A stretch of DNA of 64,000 nucleotides from the human T2T-CHM13v2.0 reference genome, Homo sapiens. The notes beneath the pieces were generated by a model. The model was not told where the DNA came from, did not search any database, and saw nothing but the letters and a program-made list of their open reading frames with translations. Shown in pieces: positions 56,738 to 64,000 of this stretch. Location of the stretch: NCBI RefSeq assembly GCF_009914755.1, contig NC_060927.1; one strand, written 5' to 3'. Each line of letters starts with the position of its first letter. The stretch's first letter is position 1. The position numbers were made by a program, and so were the translations under genes.

Positions 56738-58435
56738 AACTATTATGTGTCAGTTTGGGCATAAAATACCCAGATTAAACACTATTGCTTGATGAGTTTG
56801 TGATGGTGTTTCTGAACGAGATAAGCATTTGAACTGGCAGACTCAGTAAAGTAGATTAAACTACTAAATGTGTTTGGGTAGGGGACATCACCCAATCCCT
56901 TGAGGGCTTGAATAGAACCCCTCCTGCCTGAGTCCTTGAGCTGAGATATTGATCTTCTCCAGAACTGCTGGTTCTCAGGCCTTCTAAGTCAGACTGAATT
57001 ATATCACTGGCTTTCCTGGGTCTCTAGCTTCCAGCAGATCAGTCATGGTGGGACCTTTCAGCCTTAATAATTGCATGAGCCAATGAGAAATAATAAAACC
57101 TCTTCACACATAGGTAGGTGTATGTGTATTTATGAGGGGTGTATATATATACCCACATACACATACCTATATATGAAGAGATTTTATTCTATGTGGAAAG
57201 AGAATACATATATATATATATGAAGAAGGTTTAATTGACTCATAGTTCCACGTGACTGAGGAGGGCTCAGGAAACTGACAATCATGGCTGAAAATGAAGG
57301 GGAATATATATATGTGTGTGTGTATATATATGTCTGTATATATAGATATATGTGTATATATATTTATATATATAGATATATGTGTATATATATATATAAA
57401 TATATGTGTATATGTATTTATATATATAAATATATGTGTATATATATAAATATATGTGTATATATATTTATAAATATAAATATATGTGTATATATATTTA
57501 TATATATAAATATATGTGTATATATATATAAATATATGTGTATATATATAAATATATGTGTATATATATATATAAATATATGTGTATATATATAAATATA
57601 TGTGTATATATATTTATATAAATATATGTGTATATATATTTATATAAATATATGTGTATATATATATAAATATATGTGTATATATACATATATAAATATA
57701 TGTGCATATATATATAAATATATGTGTGTATATATTTATATATATAAATATATGTGTATATATTTATATATATAAATATATGTGTATATATTTATATATA
57801 TAAATATATGTGTATATATTTATATATAAATATGTGTGTGTATATATTTATATATAAATATGTGTGTGTATATATTTATATATATAAATGTGTGTGTATA
57901 TATTTATGTATATAAATGTGTGTGTATATATTTATGTATATAAATGTGTGTGTATATATTTATATTGTATATAAATGTGTGTGTATGTATTTATCTTGTA
58001 TATAAATGTGTGTGTATGTATTTATCTTGTATATAAATGTGTATGTATTTATCTTGTATATAAATGTATGTGTGTATATATTTGTATATATATATGTATG
58101 TGTGTATATATTTGTATATATAAATGTATGTGTGTATATATTTGTATATATAAATGTATGTGTGTATATATTTATATTATATATAAATGTATGTGTGTAT
58201 ATATAATATATAAATGTATGTGTGTGTATATATAATATATAAATGTATGTGTTTGTATATTTATATTATATATAAATATATATGTGTATACATGTGTATA
58301 TGTGTACATATTTATATATACACATATACATATATAAATATATACGTATATTTATATATATATATTCTCATTATCTGGAGAACCATATATATATGCCCAT
58401 ATACATATATATGCACACACATGTATATATATGTG

Positions 58436-58478
<43 letters not shown>

Positions 58479-58507
58479 CCCTTATCCAGAAAACCCCAAG
58501 TAATACA
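56738..58507 (+). mobile_element. MLT2D-like ERVL LTR with a greatly expanded internal TA microsatellite
   Basis: GAGATAAGCATTTGAACTGGCAGACTCAGTAAAGTAGATT, CTGGCTTTCCTGGGTCTCTAGCT, GCATGAGCCAAT; terminus AGAAAACCCCAAGTAATACA after the repeat. Confidence 0.85.
57305..58476. repeat. About 1.2 kb compound (TA)n/(TG)n micro/minisatellite
   Basis: Roughly 18-28 bp units such as ATATATAAATATATGTGT drifting to TATATAAATGTATGTGTG; ends in pure (AT)n. Confidence 0.98.
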
Positions 58508-58848
58508 GGATTGGTAGATTAGTTTTGAAATGCTGAAAATCGAACTAGACAATACTTTCTTATTTTCAATATTTACCCAATTTTTAGTTATTCATTTCCT
58601 TCCATACATTCATGAAAGAAACATTTTCACATTTTCTTCCTATCTCCTACCATGACAACATTGAGAACTAAAATATGACTATCTAGATCCTTATTGGTAT
58701 TTTAGGTTGCCTAGCAGCTGTTCCATTTCCCCAGAAATTAAAGATCTGTAGACTAAAACCTAATGACTTCAACTAAACCTCAAAGGAGTCACCACCACAA
58801 CAGAACATGCAAGAAAAGCATTTTTTCCTGGACAATCTGCTGTCTGAA

Positions 58849-59228
58849 TGATATGGTTTGGATCTGTGTCTCCACTCAAAATCTCATCTTGAATTGTAAT
58901 CCCCACATGTCGAGGGAGGGACCTGTAATCCCCCATATCAAGGAAGAAAGGTAATTGGATCATGAGGGTGGTTTCCCCCATGCTGCTCTCATGATAGTGA
59001 GCTCTCATGAGACCTGATGGTTTTATAAGTTTGGAAATTCCTCCTTTGCTCTTCTCTTTCCTGCTGCCTTGTGAAGAAGGTGCTTGCTTCTCCTCCATCT
59101 TCGGCCATGATTGTAAGTTTCCTGAGGCCTCCCCAGGCATGTGGAACTGTGAGTCAATTAAACCTCCTTCCTTTATAAATTACTCCGTTTTGGGAATTTT
59201 TTGTAGCAGTGTGAAATGGACTAATACA
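58849..59228 (+). mobile_element. THE1C/D solo LTR with perfect TSD CTGAA
   Basis: TGATATGGTTTGG...GGACTAATACA; CTGAA at 58844-58848 and 59229-59233. Confidence 0.95.
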
Positions 59229-59720
59229 CTGAACCACGTAAGAAATCTGGCAAAATCCTTGGATCATGCATGTCTTCATATGACAAATAACCATGACTGT
59301 GAACAACATCACCAAGAGCGTCAACATCCTAGTTTTGAGAGTGTAAAGGAAATGAGCGTAATTGAAAGATTTTCCTTTACCAACCTCTTGACCTCTTGGA
59401 ATACACTAGACTGTTTATCCTCAGAATTAACTTCTGGCTCTTTTTGTTAACACACATTTTATATAATGTCTCTTTTTTAATTGAATCATTTCTTTTTTAT
59501 TTTAAGCATTTCTTTTTTAGGACACTTAATATTCAAGACTTTAAACAACTGGCCTTTGCTATCACCTCTCAACAAATGGTCCAACTGGTTTGGCAGGAGC
59601 AAGCCCAAATGAAGCCTCAGGCAATTTCTTAGAGACTATTTTCCTTCACTCAGGAGGTTTATGATCACTTATGAATTGTTCAACTAGAAATCCTATTCAT
59701 TTTGAATAAAAGCGGGTAGG

Positions 59721-60018
59721 TGCTGATAATGGTAAAGTTTACCTGGGCCCTACACACTTGGAAAACAGGAATGGTTAAGAAATATCCCAGTATTTTGTAT
59801 TATGAGAAGTTGCTAATTTTCAAGGACTCTCATGCATGTTCTAAGAACTCATCATCTGTACTCTTTCTCCACCCCTCTTTGTGACTACCATAAGAAATTT
59901 GGCTCATACTTTCACAATTCCTCCCAGGCTCCATTCCTTTTTGGGGGATGTTTCTCCCTGTTACCATAGCCTGAATACAATCATTTCCTTAATTGCCCAG
60001 TACAATTTTATTTCTCAT
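59721..60018 (+). mobile_element. Probable 3' LTR of the host ERV1 (MER90/92/110-like)
   Basis: Purine tract AAAAGCGGGTAGG followed by TG...AAAGTTTACCTGGGCCCT...GGAAAACAGGAATGGTTAAGAAAT; polyA-like CTGAATACAA. Confidence 0.55.
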
Positions 60019-61189
60019 ATCCCTGCCTAAGGAACATTTTGTTATAAAAGCATCAAAGTACAGAATCGAAATCTCTGTAAAAACCGGAGGAGAAAAAAAC
60101 AACAACAAAGAAGTTTCAAAGTGATTTCCTGAACTCATATAGTGTCCAATTTATTTATTGTTTAAGTGAGAAAGGCTCAGTACTTATCTCTCCGTGAAAC
60201 AAAATGGTGTTAGAAGGAAAATAAATCACTTGTATTAATGTCCAACAGCTTAGCCCAGGATGCTATACAGAGTATTGTGAAATTACCCTGAATTTAACTG
60301 GGTATTACACAACAGAGCCAAGAAAATGGGTTTATATTATTTCTTACTTTTTTTTTTAATAAGACACAAAAGCCTAAGTACCCAGTCACAAAGATTTCAA
60401 AGATTCATTAATATCAATAATAAGTATGTATTTTATTTGAAAGAAAATTTTATATCTTCTTTACACTAAATATATTCTGGAGAAACCTGCATTTTCTAAA
60501 ATAATCTTCTTAAGTTCTTGAATAGTTTTAAGTACATTAAGAGATGAAAAATAAATGACTTGATGTGACCAATAGTTAAATAATTTTAACAACCTTTACA
60601 ATTTCAGTGTGACAGAAAAAACTATAATTTTACAACATATGAGTTAAGCCATGCTTTTTTGAAATGCATATTTACAAAAGAGCATTACAAAGCTTATTGA
60701 AATAATAAGCTGAAAATAGTATGATATAATTATTATTTTAACACTTGCATATTTAATTTTCATGATAAAAACTATAGGCCACTTTTGATTTAAGCCTTTC
60801 CTTTTTTGGTCTCACATTCAAGTTTCAAATGTTGCCTCCACTGAGATAACTAGCTGCTTTAAACAAATTGAGGTGGAATCAATTTCTCAGAGCAGACTTA
60901 TGATCTTTTCCTTACTGACTATAATTTAGCATTTCAAAAAGTCACAAAGGATTTTAAACCCCCATAATTCTCATTGACTTTGATAGGAACTGTATTGATC
61001 AGTTTTATAGCATCTGTAACCTTTGAATAAGATGAAGAAATTTAAGTGTCATGGGCAGGATAGAGTAACCTAAGACAATACAGATATGGGTAGGATTTTT
61101 TTTTCAGTATCAACAGGAACCTACCAACTACTCTATATGGATGTTTGAAGATAATGGTCTGATTATATAGGTAAACGTACTCCCTTTAA

Positions 61190-61310
61190 AGGTTTAGCTG
61201 CCCTAATTGGTTGTAATGATTGATTAGTTGCTTATTAGGTGAAAGCCAAACCACCAATCCAACCACTTCTGACATTTAAAGGAAATGTCTTATGACATCA
61301 CTGGATGTGC
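61190..61310. promoter_or_regulatory. Candidate enhancer (PBX/HOX/MEIS-type motifs)
   Basis: CTAATTGG 61203-61210, TGATTGAT 61217-61224, TGACAT 61270-61275, TGACATCA 61293-61300; motif evidence only. Confidence 0.3.
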
Positions 61311-62767
61311 CTGCCCATGACCCAATACCCCATTCTCCTTCCATTGAGGAGATAGATGCTAAGATGGTAAAAGGCTTGAATCATGTATGTTGCCAGCTAC
61401 CATTATATCTGAATGCCAGCAAGTAATAAGTCTGGGTTAGCAAAATAAAAATAATAATGATGAGATCCAATTAACATTAATAAAGCAGCACAAATATATA
61501 CTGGGCATCTAAAGAGGCTATTTAGTTGAATGCTAAGTATCTAAGTTGCAGTTCAGGATATCTCTAATGCCCTTCTAATGCTTTTCTTATGCTCTTCTGC
61601 TGGGTATCAGGAAAATGTCATGTTTTCTCTTTTGTTATAGTCAAGGAGTAAGCACACAGTGATAATGAATCTATATTGGAAATGTGGAGGGGATGGTAGC
61701 CTCAAGAAGGCACAAGGTTACACTTGTATTGTTATATCAAGCAAAATATTCATCATTTAAACCAAATGAAATTTCTAAATGCCAATTTAAAAACCATGAA
61801 AAGTCTTTAACAAATATATTACAATCAAGAAGAGTGGGCTAAATATTTTTTCACATCATTTACCAGTGATTGTTGTAAATGTACTTCCACCTTAATTAAT
61901 AAAAGATGATTTCAAAATGAATAAATCACAAAGGATTTTCTTCTAGCACTTGGCTTAATGATGAATAAATGAAGATGAGAGAATTCTGTTGGAACATAAA
62001 GACTTTTTTTTTCCTAAAGGTGAGCTAAAATAGCTTTTAAAAATACACAAAGAAAATGTATTTTATTGAAAAGAAAAATCTTCATTCACTGTATTTGACA
62101 TTAAAGCTAAGGGAAATCTGTAGAAATAAAGTCTCTTCAAAGACCTTTTCATGTGTAGGCGTTCTGATTAACTGATTGAGAAGAGGACAATAATATTTCC
62201 CCCCTCAGATTAAAAAAAAAATTAAAAATAAATGCAGTTAATACAATTGCAATGAAAGAGTCAGTTAAGTGGAACAGTCAATGTTATAGAACAGTGAGAT
62301 AGCAATAATCATAAAAAAGAAGTTTTAAAACGGGAAGAAATGAAAATGCAATTTATGTTTTGTTAACGGTGGACATTTTATGCGCTTATGAAGAAAAATG
62401 TCTCATATTTTAGTCAGTAATGTATATTTCCAATTTGAGGGCAACTATTCAGTTGAAGTGAGTATTTTAGGGGAGAGAAATGTTCTTCCCACCTTATTAG
62501 TGTTCAGTGTTATTATTAACTGAAGATGATTGTCTCATTATAGTTGGAACACTGAGGTCAAATTGCAGTCTCTGGTCATTAATATCTTGGGGCCCTTTTA
62601 CAAGTTACTCAGATCCCAAAGCTTTGGATTCTTTGGAAATAGAAAGATATTTGAAGATAAGATCTCCAAGGCTCTTATGGACACTATTTTTACCTTTTAA
62701 AAATCTTGCGACATGACACCAAATAACAGAGAAACAAATAAAACTCTACAGATTATATACAAATCAT

Positions 62768-63130
62768 TGCTATGCTTGTATCTCCTTCAATTTTGTGTGT
62801 TGCATCCTAGCCCCCAAAGTGATGGTATTAGGAAGGGAGGCCTTTGGGAGATGATTAGATCATGATTTTGATAAATGCTTTTATAAAGAGACAATTATAA
62901 AATTATCTCTTTTATTAAAAGGGGGAGAGCTAGCTAGCCCCTTTCAGTATGAGAGGAAACAAGGAAGAAAGTGCCATTTATAAGAAAGTGTGCCCTTACC
63001 AGACACCAAACCAGCAGGCACCTTGATCTTAGACTTCTCAGACTCCAGAATTGTGAGAAATAAATTTCTGTTGATTATAAGCCACCCAATTTATGGTAGT
63101 CTTTTATAGCAACACAAATGGACTAAGATA
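62768..63130 (+). mobile_element. MLT1A0-like solo LTR
   Basis: CCCAAAGTGATGGTATTAGGAAGGGAGGCCTTTGGGAG...GCACCTTGATCTTAGACTTC...GGACTAAGATA. Confidence 0.9.
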
Positions 63131-64000
63131 CCCAAACAACCTTATACAGTGTCATTTGCTTATAGCAGTCTTTGCATTTTAGCAAGTACAGGCAGGTTAT
63201 AAAAACAAAACAAAGCAAAGCAAAGCATAATGTGTCTGCTTTTTTTAAATATAAAAGACAAAACAAAACACTTGGAAGAACAGAAGTGTTTTTATTTTAT
63301 TTAACTATGATGGAGTTTCTAACAGAAATAAGAAAATGATGTGAGTTCACTTAAGATTGTTGATAAAAAGCTATCATCCAATGTATGATGAAATGTCATA
63401 AAGAAAACCACAAACTTGGTATCAGTGTCAGATAAACTAGAACCCAATATTACAGTTAAACTTTCTACGTCATTTTTCAAAGACTACGAAAACATTATAA
63501 ATCAGAATACTGTAAGCATTTTTCACCAGGCGTGGATTGAAAATCCTTTTAAAGGGTAATTAGCTACTTCATCTTTCTCTATGTCAATGACAACAGTTCC
63601 TCACAAAAATAAAAGATCTCAGGTATCCAATTTCCAGTCTTTGCTTTGACTCATTGAATTTAGAAAGTAACACAATTGAGCTGAATTTCTCAATTTGGAA
63701 GAACTTCTCAGCTGACCAACTGCATATATATAATTTAAATACTCTACCTGGATGTAAAAATCCAACTTTTTCACATGACTGTCCCCTATAAGGTACATCA
63801 CATGAATTGCTTTGGGTACAAAAATGCAAATTTTAAAAAACCATTTTTTTGTTTTATTTTATCTTTTTTTTTTGCTCACTCTAAAATACAATTTAAATGA
63901 GTCTATCAAGTCACTGACTTAAATTTTTTAAAACTGATAGAATTTAGAATTGTATGAGGGTGGATTCCTTCCCTTTCCATCCAGGATGGAAAGAGGTGAT

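Noticed and set aside
57284-58552. Cluster of Y/I/C/V-rich ORFs
   Set aside because: Translation artefacts of the TA/TG microsatellite

Overview
AT-rich, CpG-poor primate (human-like) non-coding genomic DNA, either a gene desert or a very large intron. I find no credible protein-coding gene, RNA gene or CpG island; the ORFs in the track are repeat-derived, microsatellite-derived or chance. More than half of the window is transposable elements, assigned by eye from remembered consensus sequences, so subfamily names need RepeatMasker/Dfam confirmation. These include about 11 Alus, L1/L2/L3/MIR fragments, DNA transposons and a solo HERV-H LTR7 with a perfect TSD. An old L1 (24.0-30.0 kb) hosts an MLT1A, an Alu and a 5'-inverted (twin-primed) L1PA, which itself hosts a THE1 LTR. 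A 16-19 kb LTR-element nest (40.8-60.0 kb) contains THE1D, MSTA and MLT1C proviruses, an antisense gag-RNaseH-IN ERV1 provirus, MER50, MLT2 with a ~1.2 kb TA/TG expansion, and THE1 LTRs. I see no evidence of a new gene system. The most unusual signal is a recurring set of inverted, locally templated insertions and foldbacks. The clearest is a 51-bp, 49/51-identical inverted copy of 426-476 inside a TA tract 15 kb away (15453-15503). Others are at 46931-46977, 57222-57304, 57092-57188, 26173-26202, 29053-29119, 19777-19832 and 51413-51485, several of them in or beside TA/TG microsatellites.
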